From Ptychomitrium polyphyllum (Eukaryota), in assembly GCA_973851085.1 (NCBI GenBank), contig OZ316776.1, forward strand, positions 682,001-746,000: 64,000 nt of DNA, given 5' to 3'. The notes below the pieces were generated by a model. It was not told the origin of the DNA, made no database searches, and saw only the letters and a program-made list of their open reading frames with translations. Below are positions 50,495-63,957 of the stretch, in pieces (position 1 is the stretch's first letter; each line of letters opens with the position of its first letter). The translations under genes and the position numbers were made by a program.

Positions 50495-53400
50495 CTAGCT
50501 CGAATTATCTGCAACTACTTCCTGAAGAGCTCCTAGAGCGGCTTCCATCTCTGATCTTGCTGCCTTGCCATCTTCAAGGCTCTGCAAGGTCCAATTACAA
50601 AAAACGAGGTTATAGTATGCAACGCACACAACTTGCATATAGACGTCTAGAAGAAACAGACTCTTTGATTCACGCCGACTTCTTTCTTTCCATTCCCTCT
50701 CTTTTTTCCTTTTTCTGCATAGACACCCATAGCTACCCGTAAGTAGTGCTCTGTCAATCACTCTACTACAGTGTCCTACGTAAATCACCCCAAATCCTAC
50801 AATCATTGCTTCGGTGCAATAACAAGCCTTCGCTCCAAGCACAACAAAACTGACGAACATACAAAACAATAGTAATTTCCGATGTGCATACAGCTACGAG
50901 CTGTACAAATGCAGGTGGATTCTGTTACAGGATTTCATAATATTCCGTTAAATCCAACGCCTTTAAGGAGAAATTAAAATAGGGTATCTACCTGTTTAAC
51001 ATCAATGAGATCCGCACCGACATTCTTGCCAGACTTGAGAAGTTTCTCATTCTGTATTCATAAAACAACAAGCCATATTGTAAGACAGAGTATCAACGAT
51101 ACACACGAAATCTGAGAGAGACGAGCACAGCGTCGAAGTGACGCATCAATTCTGTTCTCGATTTCAGGATTCATAGGACTACGATGCCGATGAGCGTACT
51201 GAATAAAAGAACTCTTTTCGTTCAAGACAGACCTGACGAATTAAAGCTTCCTTTTGCTCTTTTTCCTCGTAAGCTAGATCCTCATACTTCTCAACCAACA
51301 GTGCAGCCTCTGCTCGAACCTGAATAGCATAAAGGTTTCCACTTAAAATGTATGTCTAAATACCAACCTTCTGCTTGGACCGATTTAAGTTCATAAAAGA
51401 TCCACTTAATAAAACTTGATATTGTTCAAATTGATTGCATGGACTCTTAAATAGTAATGAAAAAGAAGACGATGAAATTTTAACAGACCTGAGGGATCAT
51501 TTTCAGACGTGTCTCCGCTTGTTGCAATGCCCGCTTTTGTTCTAAGAGCTTCCCCTTCTGTCGAGCGATCTCTCCCTTGCCCTTTAGAAGCTCCCCTTCC
51601 AATTGCTTCACTTTTTTATTGGCGGCATCATTCTCCTTGACGAGTTTGGCTATGGAGCTTTCAGCTTGCGCACTCCCAGCTCTTAATTGAGCCGATGCTT
51701 CTTTTTCTTTAACAAGTTTTTGACGTACTGAGGCACTTTCTGACTCCAGGTTGGCTATATGCCTCTTGGCTTTGTCAAGCTCATCTGCCAAGGCAACTGA
51801 ATCTTGGTTGAGTTCCTGAAGTGCCTGGAGGGCTTGGTCTACACTACCTCGCAGAGCCTTTACACTGTTCTTCTCAGCTATGAGAGACCTTTGTGACATA
51901 GCCAACTGATTTTTAGCAGCAGCCATCACTTTTCGTTCCTCAATAAGTGCAGCATTAGTGCTTTGATATGCCGACCTAGTCTCGTTTAACTGGGTTTCCA
52001 GCTTCAAACTCAGGTTCACAGCAACTGTAAGCTGCTCACTTATGATCTTTATCTCATCATGTGACGCTTCCAAATCTTGCTGGGTATTCTCTAGCTCCTG
52101 CGTTTGTAAATAATAGATCATTAAATAGGAAGATGCGCCTAACAACGAATTCCCTCAAAACTCAATGCATACGCAATTACCAAACTTTAGTTCAAATTGC
52201 CTCGAGAGATATCTTACCTCATTCAGGTCAGCTTGACGACTCCTGAGGGCAATAATTTCGTCAGACATTGCCTGGGATTTCTTCACCACAGCATCAAGAG
52301 ACTTACTTTTTTCTTGAAGTTCCCGGGTCAGATTATTGATCTCATCCTTCTTCTCTTTCTCAAATGCTTTTTTAGCTGCTGAAATCTCAATGAGCCTGCA
52401 AGACAATAAACCATTACAAGGTGCCATTCAAATTCATCTAATTTTAAAGATTAATTACACTGACAGTCAGGTCCAATTAAGTTGCCTTCATACGACACTC
52501 GAAAATTGAATAATTTTACATATCAAGCATTCAAAACCATCTTACCGTTGCTCTAATGATTGCACCTCTTCTGTGGTCTTTTCCAAAGCACCAGAAGTTT
52601 CCATAAGCTGAGCACTCAAGGTCTTCTTCTTCTCTTGCTCATTTGCCAAAGTTCCTTTCAGCGAATTTATCGCTTCTTTCAAATTTCTAACCTCTTTCTC
52701 GAGCTCTTCCTTTGTGTTGCTTGTAGACTTGAGGTTTTGTTTTAACTCACTAATTGAGATCGCTAACTCTTGGTTCCTATCCTGTGAAGAAGCATAATTA
52801 CTCTCTAAATTGCTGAGATTATCACGTTCGCCTGAGAGTTGCGTCTCTGCAGTTTGAAGCTGGGCTTGCAACTTTGCAACAGCGTCCTTTTCATCCGCAA
52901 GTTTTGCTTCTGAATTTTGAAGCTGGGCTTGTAACTTTGCAACAGCATCCTTTTCTTCTTGAATTCTTACATTTTGAACGCCAATCACATTTTCCTTTGC
53001 CTCAATATGTACCTTCAGCGCCTCAATCTTCCTTCGTAGCTGTTCACCAACTGCTTTTTCCTCCACAAGACTCTCATTTAAAGAACCGTAGCTCTTTTCT
53101 ATGTCGGTAAGAGCGGACTGTAGCCTTACAATCTCCATCCTCAGCTGCTCACGAATCCCTGTCTCCTCTTCAAGTTTCTCGTTGAGTGAACCGTAATTTT
53201 TCTCTTCGTCCACAAGAGTAGCTTGTAGTCTTAAAATCTTCTTTTGTAGGTCGGTTACTGAAGTCTTCTCCGTTATAAGCTGATCTTCCAGTTCCGTAAC
53301 TAAGTTTCTCGATGCCAAGAGCTCATTGCCGAGTGTAGTCCGCTGTTCTTGAGCTATATTCGCTGCCTTCTGTGCTTGCTCCTTTTCTGCAAGCCATCGC

Positions 53401-55594
53401 CAACTACTTACATGTTATAATGTACTCACTGCAACCACTAAATGATTGCTGAAGTAAACAATATACTACCTAAAGTATAAAGATCTTGAGGCCTTCGCCA
53501 ACAATGGAAGGAGTAAAATGAGCATCTCTTTGGCCTTGAATCGACCTTGACTCCTAGTACAAAGCGACCCTAAGATTGTGGGCCTTTATTTGTACTCTTG
53601 GATCATCATTGGTTAAAACTAACAATTCCTCTGATCAATGTCAAGTCGATTGACTTAAATGACAGAAAGCAGGAGAAAAAAGAAGCAGCTGCACACCTGC
53701 AAGTAATTGTCCTTCCGAGGTCTTTCGAAGTGACGCCATGGAGACTTCTACCTCCTTCAGCTTCTTGTTTACCTGCAAGAAGCGAATCAGAACCTTCATG
53801 AATAAAATGAGAATTACCATCATTTTAGTCGTTCCTACATGCTAGAACTCGACGAATGCTTCGATTACTACAAAAAACTAGAGAAATAAACTGGTAAGTT
53901 TCGCAGGAGCGCACACTAAAACTTCAAGCACATATCAACTCTCCAAACCTGCTTATTACCTTTTCAATTCGCCTTCACAAGAATTTGTCAAATGCAACTT
54001 ACAGTTTCTAAGGCGAGTTCAGCCCGACTTTTAGACTGTCGCTCAAGATAAAACAACGCGCCTGCCACTCCAGTTCCTACAACACCGGCAAGGCTCAGAA
54101 GTCCAAATCCATTACTCCCGCTTGGAGAAACCTGCGCAATGAGGTTCCGAGTAAACTTGAGATTCCGGCCACTCCAACAACTCTAACAGAGCCTCATCAA
54201 TTTTAGGAACCGTTTTGCTACCGCAAGAGTATTATCACTACAAGAAGAAGACCATGTGTGGCTCAAGGGGATTGTTTTACCTCAGACACAGCCTGGGTTA
54301 TCTTCTGAGTCTCGCTTGCAATTTCTTGAGGCAAACGAACCTCGGCTACACCAGTTTGATCACCCGCAAGAGCTTTTGGTCCTTCCTTATATTTTCCAAA
54401 GTCCATGTTTCCTGTAGGATGTGCGGGTGGCTCAGCTGGTGAAGATTCTACAGCACCAGGAGCGTCCACTGCAGCAGCTGGTGTCTGTGCTTCTGGGCCT
54501 TCATTCTTTCTCTGTTCCTGATTATTCCGCAATATTTCAAGACGGTTCTTCTCAATCACTGCAAGACACAAGGAACCGACATACTTTCGTTAATAACATC
54601 CATGAATTGAATTTGGCTCTCTTACAATTAAAAGAGACAATTTAGACGGTCTTGAAGATGAAAGTCTATAGCCAAAATTACCTTCCATTCCAATCACCCA
54701 AATGAAATAATTGCTACTGTAAGTGTCACATCATCTCTCAATGTATGAAGTTGTAACGCAAGCTATGAAACTACTAATCGAATAATAGTCGATCTTGAGT
54801 ACAAATACTCGTCCCTTAGAAGATCAATTTCTACTCTGCTAAACAGTGTTACACTCAATATCATGTTGTACGTCATGCAGAGCATCAGAATCGTCTGCTT
54901 GACAGTGTCGCATTCAATTACTACAGAACAAAGTGCACAGGTACTGTCAGGTATACAATTACAAGACCTGACAGCCAGTGACAGCATTGCGCTACTAACC
55001 GATCACATTTAGAGAGCCACTTAAACCCAAACGAGTTTGATGATTCATTTCAACACTGCTCTTCATGATTCATTATCATAAAATACACTACAATTTCCAT
55101 GAGCTCAAGCTCAAGACTACACGGCTCTAGGCTACTTATTTCTGTGCGATTCAAATGGTAAGCTCACTACACACGCCCATTTCAAAGTGTCCTACAATTC
55201 GCAAGCTCTCATATTTCAATATCTTCCAATGCTACGAGCGAAAGTAAAAAAGTTAGAGAACCACAACTGCATTACACAATTCTTACTGAAATGACTACAA
55301 CGTGAATAAAAACAGAGTTCAAAATAAGATACAATAGGGCAAATTCGCACCACTGGTGTTACGAGCCGACGCAACACCGCGCAACTGAGTAGAAAGAGAT
55401 ATCAGCGTGATGAGCGCTCGGCGAGAGAGCTCCGTGTTGCCACTCTTTCCTGCACGCCCTCCATCCTCGGAATCTTTCAAAGCGCGCACAGGACCCACAC
55501 TGACCCTCCTCCTGGCGAGACGCAGCGGCTTCCCACAGAGACTCCACTGCACGGTCGATGGACTCGGCGATGGGCTGAGACGAGAAACTGCCAT
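50495..55594 (-). CDS. MFP1: MAR-binding filament-like protein 1 (MFP1)-like thylakoid-anchored coiled-coil protein, about 10 exons
   Basis: Transit peptide, an SRRALITLISL twin-Arg-like segment, a TM segment (LLSLAGVVGTGVAGALFYL, exon 54131-54003), then long heptad coiled coils. Exons approx. 55594-55351, 54558-54281, 54131-54003, 53772-53697, 53386-52546, 52395-52218, 52097-51489, 51319-51233, 51051-50992, 50581-50495. Confidence 0.75.
52855..53235 (-). repeat. Intragenic tandem duplications in the MFP1-like coiled coil
   Basis: A 35-aa unit (RLQATLVDEEKNYGSLNEKLEEE.. / RLQSALTDIEKSYGSLNESLVEE..) and a 21-aa unit (EKDAVAKLQAQLQ x2), both also visible at DNA level. Confidence 0.85.
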
Positions 55595-56425
55595 AATTGC
55601 CGTCGTGCTTCCAAGTTCCAAAACTCACTGGCCTAAGTCATGAGAGCTCCTGCGGAGCAAAGGACCAAACTATTCCAAACAGCAGCACTTCAGTTCGTTC
55701 TTTTACCAGAAAAGCACCACAAATCGTCGCAAAGTGACTCAAAATCCTATCATCAGAAAAAGATCCACCGTCACGATGTGTGAATATTCTGCCTTGAGCC
55801 AGCAAACTCGACGAAAGGGCTTCGTACGACCCAACTAAGGGAGGATATCCTGCTGTAACAGGCACTCACAGCTGCCAACTTCGTCAGCGCAGGCTCCCTA
55901 AAACCCCGAGAGGAGAGAACCCAAGCGAGATGCGCCACAGAGATTGAGCTCCGACAGCCTATCAGAAAACTTGTGGTGAGGATTGCTCTTGACCCAGCCA
56001 ACAAACGGCTTTCCTTGCACTGGCGCCGATGCCCCCTCCGAGGCAGGTCGGGGTTGCGCAACCCAACTAAAACATTATGTCAAATGCCGTCTCTGTGCCA
56101 TTGCTTAGGTGGACACCTGGTCCACGTGTTTCCGCGTTCGCACAGCCGGGTTTCCTTCCAAAATCTCCCTTTCCACAGCGCTAGGGTTCAACTAGTATTT
56201 TTTAGGTTTTCGAGGTTAGGTTCCAATGCGACTTGATGATCGAGTGGCGTTTGTTATGTGTTGTTTGTGAGGTTTTTGTGAGGATTTGGAGCCTTTTGGG
56301 GAGAGGTTCATTGTAGGGGTTAGAGTGAGGATGATTTGCAGCATCTGGTGATCGAGAGGGTTGCATTGATTGATGATGGTGTAGGATGATTGATTGCTGG
56401 CGAACATCGTGGTTTGTCACGTGGT

Positions 56426-56433
56426 TAGGGTTT
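56426..56433 (-). promoter_or_regulatory. Telo-box (AAACCCTA) next to a G-box (CACGTG 56418-56423) in the leader of the small nuclear protein gene
   Basis: cacgtggttagggttt about 75 bp upstream of the ATG at 56504; a second CACGTG lies at 56123. Confidence 0.35.
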
Positions 56434-56503
56434 CAGTGTTTGTTCTGTAAGGAGCGTTTTCTTTTGGTGTAGATTCTTTTGGGTTGTGCACGATTAGGGG
56501 AAC

Positions 56504-58096
56504 ATGAATCCAGATACCGAGAGGAGATTGGCTGCAATGATCATGGAGGAGGCCAACATGATGCAGCAGCGAGCTGAGAAGGATGGTGTGGCCGCGTACC
56601 TCGCGAAACCTGTCGTCAAGGCGCGGCCCAACAGGCAGTTCTTGACTGCGATGGTCCGCGGCGTCCAGCACGGTGTGTGTGTCTTGATCGGACTCTTCTC
56701 GCCGTGTCAAAACCAAATCTCGATGCGATTGTTCGCCGGATGTCCTTCTCTGTTGAGGGTTTTTCTTGTCCGTCTGAAGAATTCGCTTTGATTGTGCCGG
56801 ACTACAGTTCATGAAAGGTTTTGAAACATGTAGAGTTGTTTCTGTGTGCACGAAGCTTTGTTCTTTTTAGTTTGGAACGAGCAAATATTGGAAAATAATG
56901 TTCGGATGGTAATCGGATCAAAATCTAATCCTTGGCTTCCCTCCTTCCTCTGCTTTTTCGATCGGTCTATCTGTAGTTTGTGTACGCGGTTTTTGTTCGT
57001 CTGTTGATTGCAAGTTGTAATCGTGTTTAGGACACTTTAGGAACAGTTCTAGTTGTGCAGCGTACATCCCATAGAAACCTGCAGATAACCTAATTTCGCT
57101 TGGTATGGGTACCAATTCCTAACGTGGGTGAGTCGTGCTTGCAGCCAATCGCATAGTAGACATGGAGGAGATGTGGCGGCAACGAGAGCTTGAAAATAAG
57201 GCAACGAGGGACAAGTACTCGCGCAGAAGTAGGAATGAGCATCTCGAGGAGCGGTCAGCGGATAGGGATCATTACGCGGAGCGTAGAAACTCAAACGAAG
57301 GAGCTTCTCATAGCTGTTCATCAGACCAGGATGACAATGGTTTGAAGGACGAAGACATTGAGAAGTTTTTGCATTCAAAGTATGTATTTTTGTTGCTTCA
57401 TCTCCCATACTCGTCATAACAAACTTTTCGTTTTCCCTGTGTATGTTAATGCTACGATTTCTCTTCCATCAAGTTTGATCCAGGCAGTTGAAAGTTCTTT
57501 ACTCTTGAGGAATCCTTTTTTCCTTTTGTTGTTTCTCATCAATAAACTCTTACACTTTGTGGCACATTTATTTTGTGTGATGGTGTGATGTTCGTACAAA
57601 TATTTCATGATTCCTCCATCGAATGTGATCAGGCAGTTGAAAGTTTTTATGATGAATTGCTGTTCGTTTTTGCTGTTTCTCGTTTGTGGCACTGATTCAT
57701 ATTGTGTGGTGCTGTCATGTTGATGGCAGAGTGAAAAGGGGTCGTGGAGCTGTGGGCTCCCGGATGGACGAACCCGGGCCCTATCGTGCTCGTTCTGAAG
57801 GTCCAGCTTCTGATACTCGTCAGAAAGAAGATTGGGAGGAGCGAATAGCGCGTCCTGTCGTTGGACCCTCCTTGCCGCCAGAACGAGTTGCCGGTATTGC
57901 TCCGGATTCCAGGCGAGAGAACAATAAGCATAAGAAGGAAAAATCCAACAGGGTAGATAGCACTCATAGCGATGAGGTGGGGGGGAAGGACAGGAAACGA
58001 CGTCGGGAATTGAAAGAACGGAAACGAAAGAAAGAGAAGAGGAAGTCCAAAGACTCCGAAAAGTACTCAAAGAAGAAAAGGAAGTCTAGACATTAA
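56504..58096 (+). CDS. Conserved uncharacterised Arg/Lys/Ser-rich nuclear protein, 3 exons
   Basis: Exons approx. 56504-56672, 57145-57379, 57730-58096 join in frame. Motifs MNPDTERRLAAMIMEEA, RPNRQFLTAMVRGVQHANR and FLHSKVKRGRGAVGSRMDEPGPY; Lys-rich tail. Confidence 0.85.
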
Positions 58097-60959
58097 CGCT
58101 GCCATTTCTCTAGCTAAGTGAATGGTTGGAGACAATATGAAGTCAGGGATTTCAAGTTTTGTATGCAACAAAGACTGGACTCGCAACAAAGTTTCTCCGA
58201 CATGTATTTAAGGTGGGGATGATACTATCTCTTCAGTCCGGGATTAATCTGGAAGTTAGGTTTTTCTGAAGATTGAAGATTGTGTTTGATGGTAACTTTT
58301 CTGTTTCAGCCTAATTTTACTCACTGTACATAAGAGTATTGTAGCGGTAGATGAATTGAACTCTGATTTTTGACTCCAGGATGTAATTTTCTTCTTGAGG
58401 AGACTGATGATGGTAAGTACAAGTGAGTTGCTTGTGTACGTTATGTTGGCACACCAACAAGGCAAGCTGTTCATCTTTTGTCAACATTGTTGCTCGTCGT
58501 AGTGGCCTGTTGCTGCCGTTCTCTTCTTGTTCACCTCCATTCTGCTGGTTCGGATTTATTGCAGATCAATCAAGTATTTTGAGATTTTTTCTTTCAGGTA
58601 TGGTCTTGTGACGAAGTTGTTCACTGAGCTTATCAACCTGTAATTACACGTTTTTTTGAAGCACTATTGAACCGGAAGGTTAAGTTTTCGGAAAACTAAC
58701 CTTTTTATATCTACTACCACAATACTTGCCTTCGCCGTAGGTCAAAAACGATATGCATTCTAGCTACTGATGGCTTAGGAAAAATCAAATATTTCTCCAA
58801 TTGAAGTTATTTCTGGAGAATTGGATTTTCAACACCAAGTCCAGAATTCACGTACCCAATGTTCCCGAAGCTTTCTATTATTGCCCATAGATACTAAAAT
58901 CATAATCATTTTTAGGATGACTGTCAAAAGGAAGTTGTCCCATTAATAATAAAGACTCGTCCATGTTTGTACTTCATTGGACTATGTTCTTTTTATGTTT
59001 CTCTCCAAACAAGTCCAACATTTGCTTGCATACCAAAAAAGTTGGATTTTTGCTATTATTTGTGTACATTATGACACATTCAAACTAGAATAAAAAATGG
59101 CTAGTTAAATCCACCATTGAATGATTACATCTGGTCTCAGTTCCCATGATTATTTCACCGACTGTTTTGCATAGAACAGTTCCTTCGAAGTTGCATCCCA
59201 CGGCTGGGACGATGACAATTAAAAAACTTCATGTGGACATGTGATCCAGGATCATAAAGGTGTGACCTTGAAGTGGATGGGAACACAGCATGATATTCTA
59301 AAACGCCCTTCATTCTTGGCAAAGGTACCTTGTTGTAAAATTTTAGGCTTTTGACAACCGAGCTACTCCACCCATGCCTCAACATGATATGCTGGTCACT
59401 GAGTGGAATGCTCGCACATAGATTCTCCGCCGTTGCTTTGTTCCCACGCCGGTTCGAGGTCGAATGACACCTCCGCGTAGCCGATATCGACGACCTCAGC
59501 TCCGCTTACTCACAAGCCAGCACTCTGCAAAACCATCGCTGCACTCACATCCAACACTGTCTTGCGAGGACTTACATTTCAGTTCCTGTTATCCAGAGAG
59601 GCATAGATGAGAACGGTTGCATCTACGGAGACAAAACCGTCACTACACGCAGACTGTGCACGTTCTACATAGTCGGTATATTCGGGGGAGTAGGTCGTAT
59701 GCAGTGAGTAGATGAGTATTCGGTTTTGGATGTAGTGACGGTGTTTGGATGTAGACGACTGTGAGAAGCACTGACCGGAGCTCAGTGTTGCGTCTGTTTG
59801 TTGTTTTTCGGAGGAGCTTGCATGCATTTGAGTTTCGCCATATGGCCAGTGCATGGACCTAGACGTGTAGAATCTAGCAGGCCATTGCTGGAGTGGGATA
59901 TGGTGGCTTATACCTTCGGTTTTCTTTTGGCTTTGATTTGGGTGAAGTGTTGGAAATTTCGCGATGTGGCAGCTGGGGGCGATGGTTCGGTCGCGAGGCG
60001 GATTCTTGCGGGTACCATATTGAGGTGAAGCTCCTTGGCTGAGGTTTTCTGTTGTTTGGGGTGTCTCAGTGGTTGATTGTGAGTGAGTGAAAGTTTTGCT
60101 TTTAGAGTGTGGTGGAGTATGTGAGTTCTTGTTTTGGTGAATTGTTGTTGATTTGCATGGGAGGGTTGGAATTCGCGTGTTTGGAGTGTTAGCTCTTGTG
60201 GTGGAGATGTGCTTTGATCTTGTGGGGTGGAGGACGATTCTTGGTGAATGTATGCAACCAATGTGGGATTTAGCTCTGAGTCCTGTAGTTGTTGCTGTTG
60301 TAGTTTTAGGTTTATGCTGGGTTCTAGAATCTTGTAGTTGCCTGACTGTCTTTGGGTTTTTGAGCTTGTGAAGCGAATTATTGTGATGTTCTTGTCTACT
60401 TGTACCAGCTTCTTTCTGTCTATTGTTTTCTCTGGAGATTCTGAGCTTGCATTCGTGCATCACATTCTTCGTACGCGTATGTCAGGATCAGGAGAATTTG
60501 GTTTATGGCTGATAGATGTGATTTACTAAAGAACTGAAAAGAATTGACGTTCTGGACAATTCTTGGCATGGAACTCTAGAGTAAGCAGTCATTTAAAGCG
60601 TGCTTCCTTATCTGTCGATCAGAGCTAGACTTGACATTTCCTCTCTTTAAGTTAGGCCTTCTCTCGCCATCCCATGCTCTATTGAGAACGACCTTCGCTT
60701 TGGGGTTCAATAATTGCAGAAACTTGTCTAACATACTAAATCTTCCATATATATAATAATCTAATTTACCCTCTTTATAATGACTAAGTTGCACAATTTC
60801 GTTCTTTAGTCCCTTTCATTCTGGAGTCTGCCTTCTGTTTCTAATCTTGACACTACGAATTGAGTGCTTCTGTCCGCATGCTTCACCCTAAAACGTTGTG
60901 ACCCAAAACATTTTGCCCCAAGGCTTGGCAATTCAATCCAAGCGAGTGGATATCAAAAC

Positions 60960-61763
60960 ATGGACGACGGCGAGCTGGAGTTCACAGACCATGACGTGTT
61001 TGCGGGCTGCAGCCTGTGTGACTTGCCATCTGCACCAACATTGTCAGGCTCCATGGAGAGCTTTATTGATGAGATGCTGAGATCCACACACGCGTGCACT
61101 CACACGCACACCTGCAACCCCCCAGGCCCCGACAACACCCACACCCACACGTGCTACCACACTCACACCCAGCTGTTTGCAGCCGGTGAGGAGGACTCCT
61201 CGGCCGACAAGTCGGAAGCTCCGAGCAGCCACAACAGTAAGAAGCGTCCTCTGGGCAACCGGGAAGCCGTTCGCAAGTACCGCGAGAAGAAGAAGGCCCA
61301 CACCGCATACCTGGAGGAGCAGGTGAACCACCTTCGTGCTCTGAACCAACAGCTTGTGAAGCGCCTGCAAGGGCAAGCGTCCCTGGAAGGCGAGGTCGTG
61401 CGGCTGCGGTCGATTCTGTCGGAGTTCCGTGGACGAATCGACGCCGAGATTGGCAGCTTCCCTGCGCAGGCCAAGTGCCCGAGCAGCAGTGCAGTCGCGA
61501 CGAGAGGCGTGGCGAATGGCGAGTGCGAGGTTCAGCCGGTGTCGAGCGGGTTCTGTGTGAACTCAGTGACGGTGCCTTGCGTGACTGACGTGCCTTGTTT
61601 GCACACAGCTGGGTCGAGGTCGTCGGGAGCACGACCTCCGACGACTCCGAGTTTGGATCCCGGAAAGTGGCCCGGGAGCAACCACGGCCCAGGTTGCGTG
61701 CTGTCGGACTCGACTGTGATGCATTTGAGCCCGAACCGGCATGGCGATGCGGGTCGGTTGTGA
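60960..61763 (+). CDS. Group F bZIP transcription factor (bZIP19/bZIP23-like zinc sensor)
   Basis: MDDGELEF start; His/Cys motifs HACTHTHTCNPPGPDNTHTHTCYHTHT; basic region KKRPLGNREAVRKYREKKKAHTAYLE; leucine zipper. Confidence 0.95.
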   Translation: MDDGELEFTDHDVFAGCSLCDLPSAPTLSGSMESFIDEMLRSTHACTHTHTCNPPGPDNTHTHTCYHTHTQLFAAGEEDSSADKSEAPSSHNSKKRPLGNREAVRKYREKKKAHTAYLEEQVNHLRALNQQLVKRLQGQASLEGEVVRLRSILSEFRGRIDAEIGSFPAQAKCPSSSAVATRGVANGECEVQPVSSGFCVNSVTVPCVTDVPCLHTAGSRSSGARPPTTPSLDPGKWPGSNHGPGCVLSDSTVMHLSPNRHGDAGRL

Positions 61764-63504
61764 GACTTGTGTGTCTGCTGGGAGCCTTGACGGAGCACGG
61801 CTGTAGGCAGCAGCCACATGTTTGTGGCTGGTGAAGTGGGATGGTGAGGGATGGTGGTGGCACATGAGTGGTCGATGATAGGGGGGCGGAGCTTTAGAAG
61901 GCCTCATCCTTCGAGAGTATTTGTCCCACGGGTGTTTATTGGTCTTGAGAGGGGATGTGGGACACTCTCGTCGGGAGGGTGCAAAGTAGCAGTAGTAGTG
62001 ACAGCTAGGAGAGTCGAGGGTGGACGCCAGTGCGTGCATATAGCCGTCTTCGCTATTGAGAGGGTCTGTACATAACTGAAGCAAGTCTTTCTATGTCTAC
62101 GTTAGAGATATTAGATTAGAGAAAGCCCATGCCTTGCAGATCGTCAGTTTCTTTGAGTTACCATTGGTTACACCGAGTTCTTTTGTTTTGCAGGGCTTTA
62201 GCGCTGAGGTTACATTTTACGCCATTAAATACTTTTTTGGTTTAGAATATCGTTTTGTACTCGCTTTGCAGTAGACAGCATGGGATGGCCTCGTGAATCT
62301 ATAGAATTAGGAGTTGGTGATGGCTTTAAAGCTTTAAGGATCAAACCGATCGAATGGACGGACACTTAGTTTCGATCAGTGCTATCTCCATTCGGGTTTA
62401 AGCTTTGTGGATTTTTTCCATTACGAACACGTATTTTCAACATGCGTCCAGCTTTTGAAGTCTTACAACCTGAGGAAATTCTACTCTCGAAAACTTCCGC
62501 TCCAACACATAGTTGCCTCGAAAGCAAATGGTGAGGGGGATAAATTAGTAAAAGGTGACAGGAGTTCGATATCTTTAGCAACAGTCTGAAACTTTTGATC
62601 GGAGTTGTCTGGTAATAATTTCTCGTGCTGTCTGGCCTTCAGTGCTGACTGAGGCATGACAATTTTTCTATGCTGTTAAGAGATCTGTCTGGGTCGTGGT
62701 GGTCCGTTACCTCACATTAAGTTGAACGGTGTATCTTCGGGTTTGGTGTTGATCTAATTTATGAGGGAGACAACGAAATACCTCTCTCAAAGCAGATCAT
62801 TGTCATGTTCGATTATGAACTTTGTGTGAGCATATTAACGGAGGTCAAGATTGTAACTCCATCAAACATCTGAAATTGTCCTCGTTTTCTTGGGACAGTA
62901 GAATTAGTTTATTAACGACCACTTACCATGCAATTAGAACAACGACGATCCTCTCAAGGCAAAGACAATCAATCAACTGTGCATCAATCAACAATTGGTG
63001 CACAGACGTGCAACTGTTACAGATTGAAAACGAAATGCACCTCCTGTTCACACAAATTGTGAATGAACAGGACGGCAGTAATCCGATTCTTCAAGTTCTT
63101 ATTAAGACTGAAGCTCCAATAAGATCACTTGATCTGAAAGTCCAGTATAAACGAACAAGTCACTCCACTGCAACGTCCTCACAGAAACTCCAAATAACAG
63201 CTCCTGAGGAAATCACAAAGCTGATCTCGAGTTCACAAGTGCAGACCACACGAACTTCTACTACTCATCACCATCACCGCACCAGATCCTCACAACATTC
63301 CTCCTGCAGACAAAAGAACAACATCAACAAACTAGATCCTTCGACATTACCATCCACTTTCAGAAGGGAAACTAGTTGCACAGGTATTCCGGGGCTCAAC
63401 AAAGTGTGTAGAAGATCATTCGCCATGATTGTGAAAAGAAAAACTGGTTGCACAGAAACTCCTGAGCTCGATGTAGAGTCTGCAAACCTTTTTGGGATAC
63501 AACT

Positions 63505-63957
63505 CTAGAGTGCAAACGAGAGCTTCTTCTCGTGGCCGATCTTGACCTCCAGGCATTTGCTACCATTCCAGTTCACGGTCTCGCAAGCGGTCATTGCCAA
63601 CGTCTTGAGGCATTTCGGCTCAATGAGCTTGAAGAGCGTCACCAAGTTGAGTGGGAACGACTTCGTCACCGCCACGCCCTTGTCTGTCGTCACAGTCGCA
63701 CACAAGTGCACCACCGGGCTCGCGCAGCTCACCGCGACTGGCCCAATGGCGGTCCAGCATCCCGGCTCCGCCGTCACCTCCTTCCCTACGATCTTGCCCG
63801 CGGTGGACAGCCCGACGGAGACGCACCGGTCGGCGACGTTGTGGATGACGCACTTGAGGGAGAATGTGTCTGGTGTCTTCGGTAGGATGTGCGCCTCGGT
63901 TACAAACGCGGACGCTACCAGAAGGATCAGCGATACGAGGAAGGCGAGTTTCGCCAT
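63505..63957 (-). CDS. Small secreted cysteine-rich protein (150 aa, 8 Cys), unknown family
   Basis: Signal peptide MAKLAFLVSLILLVASAFVTEA; GC3-rich codon bias; T-rich 3' flank; single exon. Confidence 0.75.
   Translation of the reverse strand: MAKLAFLVSLILLVASAFVTEAHILPKTPDTFSLKCVIHNVADRCVSVGLSTAGKIVGKEVTAEPGCWTAIGPVAVSCASPVVHLCATVTTDKGVAVTKSFPLNLVTLFKLIEPKCLKTLAMTACETVNWNGSKCLEVKIGHEKKLSFAL

Noticed and set aside
59440..59480. GGTTCGA T-loop-like motif suggesting a tRNA
   Set aside because: No cloverleaf stems or A-box around it.
59579..60463. 294-aa minus-strand ORF
   Set aside because: Same artefact: antisense of the G/T-rich 5' UTR intron of the bZIP gene.
61044..62084. Multiple long antisense ORFs over the bZIP gene
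   Set aside because: Shadow ORFs of GC-rich coding sequence with no motifs.
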